A stretch of 64,000 bases of DNA. Origin: Coriobacteriaceae bacterium (GTDB lineage: Bacteria; Actinomycetota; Coriobacteriia; Coriobacteriales; Coriobacteriaceae). Within the stretch, counting starts at the first letter, position 1; every line of letters starts with the position of its first letter. Where the stretch lies: positions 1,832,421-1,896,420 of the forward strand of contig DAJPGB010000001.1 of assembly GCA_025992855.1 (NCBI GenBank), written 5' to 3'. Below, one piece after another: positions 19,486 through 29,081 of the stretch. The position numbers and the translations under genes are program-made. The notes beneath the pieces are model-generated. The model was not told where the DNA came from. It worked only from the letters and a program-made list of their open reading frames with translations, and ran no database searches.

Positions 19486-19557
19486 CCCGCAACCCGCGGG
19501 CCGACCAGCCACTTCAAACCACCCTGCTTAGATCAAAACCTGCTAAGGAGTTTTTCC

Positions 19558-20721
19558 ATGCGTAAGATTAAGACCATCGACGACATCACTAAAGACGGCA
19601 AAGTCGAGTTTGGCGAGGGCTACGAGTTTGTGGGCACCGCCGAGGAGGCCGACGCTATCCTGATGCGCTCCACCGACCTGCACGGCTACGAGCTGCCCGA
19701 GGGCATCCGCGCCATCGCCCGCTGCGGCGCCGGCGTCAACAACATCCCCGTCGAGGAGTACGCCAGAAAGGGCGTCGTCGTCTTTAACTCTCCCGGTGCC
19801 AACAGCAACGCCGTCAAGGAGCTCGTCCTGGGCATGCTGGTGCTTTCGAGCCGCGGCGTCGTGCAGTCGATGAACTGGGTGCGCAACAACGCCGACGACC
19901 CCGAGATCCAGGTCGATGCCGAGAAGGCCAAGAAGGCCTTTGTGGGCCGCGAGCTCAAGGGCAAGCGCATCGGTGTCATCGGTCTGGGCAACGTGGGATC
20001 CAAGGTCGCCAACGCCTGCGTCGATTTGGGCATGGACGTCTACGGCTACGACCCGTTCATTTCCGTCGAACACGCTTGGGTGCTGAGCCGCGAGGTGCAG
20101 CGCGTGGGCACGCTCGAGGACCTGTGCCGCGGCTGCGACTACCTCACCGTGCACGTGCCCAGCAAGGCAGACACCATCGGCATGATCAGCACCGAGCAGA
20201 TTGACCTGCTGGCCCCCAACGCCGTGCTGATCAACTACGCGCGCGAGACCATCATTGACGAGAACGCCGTCGACGCCGCCCTGCGCGAGGGCAAGCTGAG
20301 CTGGTTTAGCTGCGACTTTGCCACACCCAAGACCGTCAAGATGCCCAACACGTTTATCACCACGCACTCGGGCGCCGGCACCGGCGAGGCCGAGGCCAAC
20401 TGCGCCGATATGGCCATTAGCGAGCTCAAGGATTACCTGGAGAACGGCAACATCGCGCACAGCGTCAACTACCCCGCCTGCAGCATGGGCAAGGCGCGCG
20501 CCGCAAGCCGCATCGCCTGCCTGCACGCCAACGTGCCCAACATGATCGGCCAGATCACGGCCATCCTTGCTAAGGACAACGCCAACGTGCAGCGCATGAC
20601 CAACGAGTCCGCCGGCGAGAACGCCTACACCATGTTCGACACCGACGAGCACCTGGACGGCAGCACCATCGAGGCGCTCAAGCAGATTCCCTCGATGTAT
20701 CGCGTGCGCGTGATTAAGTAG
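19558..20721 (+). CDS. serA: D-3-phosphoglycerate dehydrogenase
   Basis: 2-hydroxyacid dehydrogenase fold with GxGxxG (GVIGLGNVG) and a C-terminal ACT-like domain. Follows serC. Confidence 0.85.
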   Translation: MRKIKTIDDITKDGKVEFGEGYEFVGTAEEADAILMRSTDLHGYELPEGIRAIARCGAGVNNIPVEEYARKGVVVFNSPGANSNAVKELVLGMLVLSSRGVVQSMNWVRNNADDPEIQVDAEKAKKAFVGRELKGKRIGVIGLGNVGSKVANACVDLGMDVYGYDPFISVEHAWVLSREVQRVGTLEDLCRGCDYLTVHVPSKADTIGMISTEQIDLLAPNAVLINYARETIIDENAVDAALREGKLSWFSCDFATPKTVKMPNTFITTHSGAGTGEAEANCADMAISELKDYLENGNIAHSVNYPACSMGKARAASRIACLHANVPNMIGQITAILAKDNANVQRMTNESAGENAYTMFDTDEHLDGSTIEALKQIPSMYRVRVIK

Positions 20722-20761
20722 CGCCGGCACCAAACCTGCCAAACGGACCACGAAGCCCATT

Positions 20762-20790
20762 CGGCCCCCGTTTTCACAAAACGGGGGCCG
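20762..20790 (+). terminator. serA intrinsic terminator
   Basis: cggcccccgtttt-cac-aaaacgggggccg followed by atttcgtt. Confidence 0.8.
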
Positions 20791-20814
20791 ATTTCGTTGC
20801 TTACGGGCGGCTTT

Positions 20815-20991
20815 AAAATGCTACCCAAAACAAGTTTTTTCGGATAATCGACAGTGGAACCCAAGTCGCTAAGCACAATCGCCTTGACAACCAGATTTAT
20901 CATAGGTTTTAGCAGGTAAAAATCGATCTCTATATGCCACATTCAAGTTGACTGTCGATTTTCCGAAACAACTTGTTCTGGGCAGCATTTT
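20815..20991. repeat. MITE-like cassette E1: 41-nt inverted repeats (37/41) around a 95-bp AT-richer core
   Basis: Left arm: aaaatgctacccaaaacaagttttttcggataatcgacagt. Right arm: actgtcgattttccgaaacaacttgttctgggcagcatttt. Confidence 0.7.
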
Positions 20992-21069
20992 TCTAAGCCC
21001 CTCCAAGGCGAAATTGAAGCCTTTTCGCGACCGAAACTCCAGTTCCTGCGACCGTTTTCGCCCGCGGGA

Positions 21070-22119
21070 CTACATTCTCGCCCAATCAATGAAAATCTCC
21101 TCACGAAGCCGCCGTTCGAGCCCCTGCTGCCGCGGCGTCTTGTCTTTCAACGGCGCATCGAGATAGGACATGATAAGCTCCATCACCACGCGGAAGGCAT
21201 CAGAGTCGGCCAGCTGACCATAGGTCAACAGAACGACAGGATATCCCATCGCTTGCAGGGCCGTCGTTCGATCGGAATCCGAGATCTTGGATTCTATGGA
21301 TCCGTGAATGGCCTTACCTTGACATTCAACCAGGCACTCTCGGCTGCCGTCCTTATTTGACAGCAGAATGTCGACATAGCGCCTATCAAGCCCCGAAATC
21401 AGGCGGGCACTGCGCGTCATACGAATCTCAACGTTATTGGTAAGGCGCAGCCCTTCGCCGCCGCGCAACCTCGAAAGACCAAACAGCATCGAAGCCTGGA
21501 CCTCGAGCGGCGATGCCGCCATCCCCGTAATGCATTTCGCGGCACGTGTGAACGATTTGGCACCGCGGAGCCCCCGGATCTTATCGACGTACTCTGCAAG
21601 TTCAGAGAGTTCGATCAAGGGAGGTCGTTTCCATAAGTCCGTTGGATTCCCGGAGGCATCCCTTACGTTTTCCCAGCCCAGCTGCGCGTCGCCCCACTGA
21701 TCACCATACGCCTGCACAAGTGCCGACTTTACCTGGGGCGCAATCTTGCACACGGCAAAGGTGCCGCACATCTCATACATGCACATGATCAGACGTTCGT
21801 TTGAGACCGAGGAAGCGAGGGTCAGCAGGGTAAAGAGCGGAGACGTAACATCAAGGCCAAACTCCGTCTGCTGCACGGAGCCAAACGGCCTCGCCCCGTT
21901 CCACACATGCCTGACAATGCGATCGCCCTTACGCCCGCAGCCGCCCTGCGCTAACACGTGTAACGGGGTGCACAGGAAATGCGTGACGAGTGGATGCTCG
22001 CAAAGGCGCTCTCTGCGCGGATCGTCCACAGAATCGGGCAGGTCCGGCATTATCGCCAAGACCTGTGGAGGCATCCGATGATACCGAAAGGCGGATATGT
22101 CGCAAAGCATGTCGTCCAT
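21070..22119 (-). CDS. DUF559/Vsr-like endonuclease-fold protein (paralogue 1)
   Basis: Start taken at MDDMLCD (ATG 22119). The C-terminus has SPLEVQ..., YVDILL...VECQG..H...D..R...L...GYPVVLLTY, the S-x-L-E / D...E-x-x-G / D..R pattern of DUF559 proteins. Low-GC islet. Confidence 0.6.
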   Translation of the reverse strand: MDDMLCDISAFRYHRMPPQVLAIMPDLPDSVDDPRRERLCEHPLVTHFLCTPLHVLAQGGCGRKGDRIVRHVWNGARPFGSVQQTEFGLDVTSPLFTLLTLASSVSNERLIMCMYEMCGTFAVCKIAPQVKSALVQAYGDQWGDAQLGWENVRDASGNPTDLWKRPPLIELSELAEYVDKIRGLRGAKSFTRAAKCITGMAASPLEVQASMLFGLSRLRGGEGLRLTNNVEIRMTRSARLISGLDRRYVDILLSNKDGSRECLVECQGKAIHGSIESKISDSDRTTALQAMGYPVVLLTYGQLADSDAFRVVMELIMSYLDAPLKDKTPRQQGLERRLREEIFIDWARM

Positions 22120-22273
22120 GAAGGGTACGTACCCACCGCGTCGTTTGTGAACCCACTCGGGCGGCAAACGCGATGGCTCGGCCTGCGAACGGTAAATACC
22201 GCTGCGCGCACGTCGCCGATCTCTCAGGAGGCTTACAATCGGTTTGGAAAGCAAACTGATTGTGAGGTTGCAT

Positions 22274-23494
22274 ATGGTTGATGAGGACTTTGCCTGGCGG
22301 CTTGCGCAGGAGCTTGTTCGGATCGATAGCTCAGATCCAGGCGCGTATGAGAGCGATATCGAGAGGCATATCAAGGGGCTGATCGAGTCGCAGGTTATGG
22401 GGCTCGATTGTCCTGCGCTGGATGCGGTGCTGGTCGAGGAGCTCGAGGTGCTTCCCGGGCGCCGCAATCTTATGGTCACCGTGCCCGGTTTGAGCGACGA
22501 GCCGCGACTTGTCTACATCTGCCACATGGATACCGTCACCTTGGGCGACGGGTGGGATGCGGACATCCCGCCGCTCGGGGCGACCGTGCGCGACGACAAG
22601 CTCTACGGCCGCGGCGCTTGCGACATGAAGGGCGGCCTGGCCTGCGCCATTGCTGCGCTCGTCCATACGCTCGAGCGCGTGGCGGTGTGCGGCGAGCTGC
22701 CCCGCCGCGGCTTTTCGCTCATCTGCTCGGTCGACGAGGAGGACTTTATGCGGGGCTCCGAGGCCGCCATCGATGCCGGCTGGGTTGGCTCGCGCGAATG
22801 GGTGCTGGACACCGAGCCCACCGATGGACAGATTCAGGTGGCGCACAAGGGGCGCACGTGGTTCGAGATCGAGATGTCCGGTGTGACGGCGCACGCAAGC
22901 CAGCCATGGAAGGGCGCGGATGCCGTCGCCGCAATGGCCGAGGTCGTGTGCGCGCTTCGTCACGCGTTTGCGGAGTTACCTGCACATGATGAGCTGGGGC
23001 CCTCAACCATCACGTTTGGCCAGATCGAGGGCGGGTATCGCCCCTACGTCGTACCCGACCGCGCCAAGGTCTGGGTCGACATGCGCTTGACGCCGCCGAC
23101 CGACACGGCGGCCGCGACTCGCATGGCGGAGCAGGCCATTGCCACAGCGGAGGCGGCAGTCCCCGGCTGTCATGGCAGCTACACCGTGACGGGCGACCGC
23201 CCCGCTATCGAGCGCGACCCGGGCTCTCCCCTTCTGGCAGCGCTCAAGCATGCGGCAGATGACGTGACGGACGTAGATACGACCGTCGGCTTCTTTACCG
23301 GCTACACCGACACCGCCGTTATTGCCGGCAAGACGGGCAACCGCAACTGCATGAGTTACGGCCCCGGGTCACTTGCGCTCGCCCACAAGCCCAACGAGTA
23401 CGTACCCCATGCCGACATCGTTCGCTGTCAGCAGGTGCTGGTCGCACTCGCCGATAACGCGCTCTGGGACGCGAGCGGCCAAGTTGGGGCATAA
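22274..23494 (+). CDS. M20 family metallopeptidase (ArgE/DapE/ACY1 type)
   Basis: HMDTV, GRGACDMKGG and SVDEE motifs. The ORF is open from 22244. Confidence 0.8.
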   Translation: MVDEDFAWRLAQELVRIDSSDPGAYESDIERHIKGLIESQVMGLDCPALDAVLVEELEVLPGRRNLMVTVPGLSDEPRLVYICHMDTVTLGDGWDADIPPLGATVRDDKLYGRGACDMKGGLACAIAALVHTLERVAVCGELPRRGFSLICSVDEEDFMRGSEAAIDAGWVGSREWVLDTEPTDGQIQVAHKGRTWFEIEMSGVTAHASQPWKGADAVAAMAEVVCALRHAFAELPAHDELGPSTITFGQIEGGYRPYVVPDRAKVWVDMRLTPPTDTAAATRMAEQAIATAEAAVPGCHGSYTVTGDRPAIERDPGSPLLAALKHAADDVTDVDTTVGFFTGYTDTAVIAGKTGNRNCMSYGPGSLALAHKPNEYVPHADIVRCQQVLVALADNALWDASGQVGA

Positions 23495-23533
23495 TAAGCC
23501 GCGAACAAACCGACTCACACGTTAGGACCGCCC

Positions 23534-24217
23534 ATGAAAGCACTTCCGTTTCCCTGCATCCGTCCGGCTCAGGACCGCGTGCTCGAGGCGCTGCCGCAGA
23601 TGGGCAGCATCCTGGGCGGCAACGATACCCTGCGCGGCACCATTGCCGATGGCCTGATGCTCAAGGACCCAGGCGCGGCGTATTACGTGTACGAATGCTC
23701 GGGCGAGCCGGGGCGTGTGACGGGCGTCGTGGCGATTTGCCCGATCGGCGTGATTGCAGGCGGCGAGGCCGATGCCAGCGCCGACGCGACCGCCGCCGCA
23801 CGCGCAATCGCCGAGCTCAAAGTTCAGCCCCGTCCCGTGTCGCTCGCCTACGAAGCCTCGCCCGTTATGGATATCATCCTGGGCGCCGCCAAAGAGGGCG
23901 CGTCGCTCTACGCCGTCACCGACCCCGCGGGCATTACGCACCGCGTGTGGGAGGTCAAGCGCGAGGACGCCGTCGGGGCCATCCGCGCCATGCTCGATCA
24001 GGCGCCCGAGCCGGTACTGGCCGACGACCCCGCCTACGCCGCCGCGCTGGCCGGAGCCTCGCAGCTCCTAGCCGACGAGGCCCGCGCCGACGGCACATAT
24101 ACGGGCAAGGAGCCGTTCAACTTCACCGTGGCCGCGCTCTTCCCTGCCGCGCAGGTCAGCGGCGCCGCACCGCAGGTCCCGACGGGCCTGCTCACCCACC
24201 AAGTCGCGCGGTTCTAG
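23534..24217 (+). CDS. short DUF1015-like protein (degenerate)
   Basis: The N-terminus (MKALPFPCIRP...YYVYE) resembles DUF1015, but the protein is only 227 aa and I see no HExT or DGHHR motifs. Confidence 0.4.
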   Translation: MKALPFPCIRPAQDRVLEALPQMGSILGGNDTLRGTIADGLMLKDPGAAYYVYECSGEPGRVTGVVAICPIGVIAGGEADASADATAAARAIAELKVQPRPVSLAYEASPVMDIILGAAKEGASLYAVTDPAGITHRVWEVKREDAVGAIRAMLDQAPEPVLADDPAYAAALAGASQLLADEARADGTYTGKEPFNFTVAALFPAAQVSGAAPQVPTGLLTHQVARF

Positions 24218-24346
24218 AGGGCTCAAGCGCTCAGTACAAAACTCGGCACCCAAACGAACAAGGGGCGGGGATGCAATGCCAACGCATGCATCCCCGCCCC
24301 CTTCGCATCGAGCAAGTATGCCGGCGACCCATGCACCGCGCTCGCG

Positions 24347-25006
24347 CTACCCGCGCTGCGGGCCCGCTGCCGCCACGAGCGGCTCCAACCCCAGCTCGCG
24401 CGCGTAGTCTTCCTGCGTAAAGATCTCGACCAGTTCAAACATATCCGTCGCATCGTCAAACGCAAAATGCAGCACGGAGCAATTGCCCGGCACGCGGTCG
24501 CGCTCATCGGCCGCCGCGCCCTTCACGTGGTCCATAAACTCTTTGATGGCCGACCCGTGGCTCACCGCCAGCACGCACGTATGGTCCGGACGCTGCATGA
24601 GCTCGGTTAGCGTCGCGACCATGCGCTCGCGCACCTGCATCTGACCCTCGCCGCCAAACTGGCGATAGAAGTCGCGCCATGGGCGCTCGGGCATCAGCAT
24701 CACGCGCTCGGCCTCAAAGTCGCCAAAGAACCATTCGCGCAGGCCGTCCAGGCGCTCGTACGCCAGGCCCGGCCACAAGTTGGCGATGGTCTGCTCGGTG
24801 CGATGTAGTGTGGAGGTGTAGGCGTGATCGGGCTCAATGCCGCGCGCACGCAAGAACATGCCGGCGCGCGCCGCTTGGCCGCAACCAAGCTGCGTGAGCG
24901 GCGAGTCGCTCCAGCCCTGAATAATGCGCTTGAGGTTAAATATTGTCTGCCCGTGACGGACCAGATACAGGTCTTTATTCATAGGGGTCCTTTCGTTCGT
25001 TACCAA
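24347..25006 (-). CDS. histidine phosphatase (phosphoglycerate mutase) family protein
   Basis: LYLVRHGQTIFN RHG motif. 219 aa. Confidence 0.8.
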   Translation of the reverse strand: MVTNERTPMNKDLYLVRHGQTIFNLKRIIQGWSDSPLTQLGCGQAARAGMFLRARGIEPDHAYTSTLHRTEQTIANLWPGLAYERLDGLREWFFGDFEAERVMLMPERPWRDFYRQFGGEGQMQVRERMVATLTELMQRPDHTCVLAVSHGSAIKEFMDHVKGAAADERDRVPGNCSVLHFAFDDATDMFELVEIFTQEDYARELGLEPLVAAAGPQRG

Positions 25007-25542
25007 TCAAGGAGCGAAAACGCCCCGTCGCGATAGCCAAAATGAAGCACGGCACCGTTGTCGGGCATCTCTCCCCCGCCGGCCACATACTCAAGAAACT
25101 CCCGGCAGGCAGAGCCGTGGGAGACTACCAGCACACAGTTATGCTGCGGCCGGTCCATGATACGGGACAGCGCCGCGACCATGCGCGACCGAAGTTGCGC
25201 TTCCGACTCGCCACCAAAGGCAACCGGATAATCGCCCAAGGGCTGCGGCGGCATCTCGCGGTTTGATGTACCCTCCAGCGAGCCCAAATGCCACTCACGC
25301 AGGTCGTCGACCAGCTCTATGGAACAGCCTTCGCCAGCAATAAGCTCTGCCGTATGCCGCGCCCGGCCCAGCGGAGAGGAATACACGTGATCGAAGGTCA
25401 CGCCACGCACCTCAAACGCCGTGCGCGTCGCAAGCGCCTGCTCGCGCCCACGCGCCGTCAACGGCGAATCATGCCAGCCCTGCAAAATGTTCCGCACATT
25501 GAACTCAGTCTGCCCATGCCGCACCAAATACAAATCGGCCAC
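25000..25542 (-). CDS. histidine phosphatase (phosphoglycerate mutase) family protein, tandem paralogue
   Basis: LYLVRHGQTEFN. Its stop overlaps the start of the downstream paralogue by 7 nt. Confidence 0.8.
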   Translation of the reverse strand: MADLYLVRHGQTEFNVRNILQGWHDSPLTARGREQALATRTAFEVRGVTFDHVYSSPLGRARHTAELIAGEGCSIELVDDLREWHLGSLEGTSNREMPPQPLGDYPVAFGGESEAQLRSRMVAALSRIMDRPQHNCVLVVSHGSACREFLEYVAGGGEMPDNGAVLHFGYRDGAFSLLDW

Positions 25543-25556
25543 ATGCCCTCCCCTCG

Positions 25557-25596
25557 AACCACCGCAATGGGGACAGGCACCTTTGTGGTGGTTTTA
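25557..25596. terminator. Family D hairpin, copy D5
   Basis: gaaccaccgcaatgg-ggacaggca-cctttgtggtggtttt. Downstream of the nitroreductase gene. Confidence 0.65.
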
Positions 25597-25620
25597 CAGC
25601 CATCGAACCGCGCCGCACAA

Positions 25621-26292
25621 CTACACCAGCACGTCGGCCAGCGGGCGCTTGGGCACGTGATGCACCTGCGCCTCGTCGCGCCAATAATTGATAGAACCGT
25701 CGGGGTTGGAATCGATCGCATCGATCACCTGCATCTCGGCCGGAACGCCAAACGCCATGATCAGTTTGAGCTCATACTTGTCGTTATCGAGCCCCATGGC
25801 ATCGATCGCGTGGGGCGTAAAGGCCTTGAACATGCAGGCTGCCACCTCGGGCGTTGCGCTGCGGGCGGCGAGCATCATCGTCTGGGCGGCAATGCCGGTG
25901 TCGACCTCGGTGATGGGCGCGGCCGGCTTGCCCGGAACGGCGCGCTCGGCAAGAATCGCGATATAGCCGGTCGGCCGCTCGCCCTCATCGGGACCCGGCC
26001 AATCCTTGAGCGCGCCGGCCCACGCGAGCTCGTCAAACACGCGTGCGCAGTCCTCGGCACCGCTCACCACATGAAAGCGCAGGCGCTGGGCATTGGCGCC
26101 GCACGGGGCCAGGTGCGCCAGCTCCGCCAGCTCGAGCAAAAATTCGCGCGGCACGCGCATGGACTCGTCAAAGCGACGGCACGTGCGGGCGCGGCGGACC
26201 AGTGCGTCAAACGCGTCCAGGCCAAGCTTCTCGCAACCCTGCTTTGCCATCGACTCGGCGCTCACCGGCGCCGCGGGAACTGCTTCGTTCAT
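25621..26292 (-). CDS. nitroreductase family protein
   Basis: Start taken at MNEAVPA (ATG 26292). Has RRTCRRF-type and C-terminal nitroreductase features. The upstream 288 codons of the listed ORF are rejected. Confidence 0.7.
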   Translation of the reverse strand: MNEAVPAAPVSAESMAKQGCEKLGLDAFDALVRRARTCRRFDESMRVPREFLLELAELAHLAPCGANAQRLRFHVVSGAEDCARVFDELAWAGALKDWPGPDEGERPTGYIAILAERAVPGKPAAPITEVDTGIAAQTMMLAARSATPEVAACMFKAFTPHAIDAMGLDNDKYELKLIMAFGVPAEMQVIDAIDSNPDGSINYWRDEAQVHHVPKRPLADVLV

Positions 26293-26556
26293 AGAGACCC
26301 CCAATAAAAGCCAATTGTCCTTAGGAAAATCTAACCTAAAACGTAGGCAATAACGCTCGGCGGCGCAATGTTCCACAACTGTTGAATAGTCCCCACCAAA
26401 ACGGGGATAAAGGTAACAATTCGGGATTGTGGGGCGGCAATTCACCCTTCCCGCCCCATGCAGTGGCGCCCTTGGGCGATACTTGTTGCAGTAATTTTGG
26501 CGTACGCCGCACGGAAAGCAATGAACGCGACGTGCACCGCACGGAAAGGAGACATC

Positions 26557-27159
26557 ATGGGCATCTTTAAGAACGATGACCAAAAATCGAGTCAGTTTGG
26601 ATTTGACGAGAAAAGCATGGCGGGCAAGGCCGTCAAGGCCGTGCGCTGGATCTACGCCATCACCGGCGTCGTCGCGCTCCTCGCCGGCATCGCACTGCTT
26701 TTTGCACCTGCCAAATCCCTCGTCTTTTTGACGACTGTCCTGGGCTTTTACTTTGTAATCACGGCGGCCATCAGGCTGTTTACCGCCATTTTTGAGCCGT
26801 TGCTGCCCACCGGTTGGCGCGTGACGAGCATCATCTCCAACCTGCTCATCATTTTGGGCGGCGTAATAATCCTGCGCAATCAGGCGTTCTCGACCGCGAC
26901 CCTCACCACGCTCGTGGTGGTCGTTGCCGGCTTTGGCTGGATCGTTGAGGGCGTCATGTCGATTCTGGAGTCCGAACTTTCGTCCAACCGCGCCCTCGCC
27001 ATCCTGAGCGGTGCGCTCTCCATCATCGCGGGCATGTTCGTGTTTATCTATCCGCTGTGGTCGGCCAAGATGCTCGTCATCTTTAGCGGCGCTGCACTGT
27101 TGGTGTTTGGCGTGACGCTGATTGTTCGCGCCATTCAATTTGGCAAAATGGTGCACTAG
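26557..27159 (+). CDS. HdeD/DUF308 family membrane protein
   Basis: Start MGIFKND behind ggaaaggag. Six TM helices in the DUF308 repeat pattern. Confidence 0.65.
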   Translation: MGIFKNDDQKSSQFGFDEKSMAGKAVKAVRWIYAITGVVALLAGIALLFAPAKSLVFLTTVLGFYFVITAAIRLFTAIFEPLLPTGWRVTSIISNLLIILGGVIILRNQAFSTATLTTLVVVVAGFGWIVEGVMSILESELSSNRALAILSGALSIIAGMFVFIYPLWSAKMLVIFSGAALLVFGVTLIVRAIQFGKMVH

Positions 27160-27642
27160 ATGCCGCGAACCCTTTTTATTGACGCTGACGCCTGCCCGGT
27201 CACGCGCGAGTCAATCGACTGCGCGCGACGGGCGGGCGTCGCCGTTGTTATCGCCGGCAACAGCACGCAGAACTTGGAACGCCACATTCGCCGCGACGAC
27301 CCGCGCGATGCCCAGCACGCGCGACGCGGCTTTTGGGTCTCGACGCTCGACGTGAGCGTGGGCGCCGATAGCGCCGACTTTGCCATTGTCGAGCGCCTGC
27401 AGGCGGGCGACGTGGTCGTGACGCAGGACATTGGCCTGGCGAGCATGGTGCTCGGGCGCGATGCCGCCGCCATCGGCGTGCGCGGGCGCGTCTACGACAA
27501 GGCGACCATCGATATGCAGCTGTTTATCCGCCACGAGGAAAAGAAGGTGCGCCGCGCAGGAGGACGCACCCGCGGACCGGCAGCCTTCACCGGCGAAGAC
27601 CGCGCCCGCTTTAAACGCAACCTCACCGAGCTGTTGCGCTAA
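27160..27642 (+). CDS. YaiI/YqxD (UPF0178, DUF188) family protein
   Basis: N-terminal LFIDADACPV signature. Confidence 0.75.
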   Translation: MPRTLFIDADACPVTRESIDCARRAGVAVVIAGNSTQNLERHIRRDDPRDAQHARRGFWVSTLDVSVGADSADFAIVERLQAGDVVVTQDIGLASMVLGRDAAAIGVRGRVYDKATIDMQLFIRHEEKKVRRAGGRTRGPAAFTGEDRARFKRNLTELLR

Positions 27643-27809
27643 CAAAGGTAGATTTTTGGGACATGCCCGGAAATCTACCTTTTTTCGTTTAGGGGCAGCA
27701 GACGCACCCTGGAACCATAGCTCAACAAATAACGGACTTCAAAATGCCGCCCCACCGCATGCGCGGGTATTGAGGATGGCAGTTTTGAAGTCCGTTTTGT
27801 TTGGCTTGC

Positions 27810-28910
27810 TTAGAGCCCAAAGGCGGAGAGAACAAGGCCCCAGCCGGCGCCGATGACGTACATCATGACTAGGAACAGGGCGTTTTCACGGGCGCTGCGG
27901 TTGGTGCGGAACAGCACCAGGTAGCCCACGCCGGCAGAAATGAGCGTGCCGGCGAGCATCGGGGCCAGTTGCAGTGCGCCTTCGAGGTACAGCTGCGTAA
28001 TGACGACGCTGGCAGAGCAGTTGGGAATTAGGCCGACGAGCGCCGAGCCCAGGACGGCGAGCGTCTCGTTGCCGCGCAGGAACTGCTCAATCGCGGATTC
28101 GCCAAAGGTCTCGAGCACGGCGACCAGAATCAACGTTACCAGGAAAATGAACACCGACACCTGCACGGTGTGCGAGATCGCGCTGCGGATAATCGACAGG
28201 ACGGGCGCGCCCTCGTGGGAGTGACCATGGTCGTGACCGTGGTGATGCTCGTGCTCGCCCGCGTGGTCGTGGTCATGGTGGCGGCCGTGGTTGTGGTCGT
28301 GCCCGTGGCCGTCCTCATCGTCGTCGCATCCGCAATGGTCGCGCTCGCACAGCTCGTGGATGTGGTCGGCGCTCACGCCCGCCTCGGCCACCTCATCGAT
28401 GATGTCGCCGCCGGTGTGGTCATCGTGCGCACAGTTCACATGGGCCGGATTTGCCGCGGTTCCCAGCACGGTGCGACGGATCGCAGCATGCGCGCGGGCA
28501 TTACGGCGCAGCCCGCGAATAGCAGCGTCCACGATAAAGCCCGTGACCAGCGCGATCAGCGCCTTCGACGCCAGCAGCATCGCCATGGTCTGCACGGGAA
28601 CCTGCTCGGCGAGTAAGAGCGGCAGCATCTCGTCGGAGGTCGAAAGGAACACCGCCACCAGCGTGCCCAGTGTCACGACGCGGCCGGCGTACAGCGTAGC
28701 CGCCATGGCCGAAAAACCGCACTGCGGCACGATGCCCAGCAGCGAACCGACAACCGGACCCGCGGCGCCAGCGCGCTTGATGGCTCCGTTGACGCGGTCG
28801 CCCGCAACATGTTCGAGCGTCTCGAGTGCAAGATATGTCACTAACAAAAACGGCACCAGCGACAGCGTGTCCTTGCCGGCGTCGAGCAGGATATCAATCA
28901 GCAAATCCAT
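27810..28910 (-). CDS. 10-TM metal permease (ArsP_2-like) with a His-rich cytoplasmic loop
   Basis: Polytopic protein. The central loop is HGHDHNHGRHHDHDHAGEHEHHHGHDHGHSHE. The family name is from memory. Confidence 0.55.
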   Translation of the reverse strand: MDLLIDILLDAGKDTLSLVPFLLVTYLALETLEHVAGDRVNGAIKRAGAAGPVVGSLLGIVPQCGFSAMAATLYAGRVVTLGTLVAVFLSTSDEMLPLLLAEQVPVQTMAMLLASKALIALVTGFIVDAAIRGLRRNARAHAAIRRTVLGTAANPAHVNCAHDDHTGGDIIDEVAEAGVSADHIHELCERDHCGCDDDEDGHGHDHNHGRHHDHDHAGEHEHHHGHDHGHSHEGAPVLSIIRSAISHTVQVSVFIFLVTLILVAVLETFGESAIEQFLRGNETLAVLGSALVGLIPNCSASVVITQLYLEGALQLAPMLAGTLISAGVGYLVLFRTNRSARENALFLVMMYVIGAGWGLVLSAFGL

Positions 28911-29081
28911 GACGGATGGAACCTTTCGTGTCTTTCGGCAGCATTGTAAAAGTCCTAGCGGTCAACTAGGGTATTGTAGTTGTCCTAGGCGCGGTGCCAA
29001 TAGTTGCCCATGGTAAACTATCATCTCGCCATAACTCAGTAACCACGAGCCGCGCGACGCGGCCCGTCCAAGGAGCAGCAT

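Noticed and set aside
26293-27156. The 5' extension of the 511-aa minus-strand ORF upstream of the nitroreductase domain.
   Set aside because: It has no family features and overlaps the well-formed HdeD/DUF308 gene, which has its own SD on the plus strand. The nitroreductase domain starts at MNEAV (26292).
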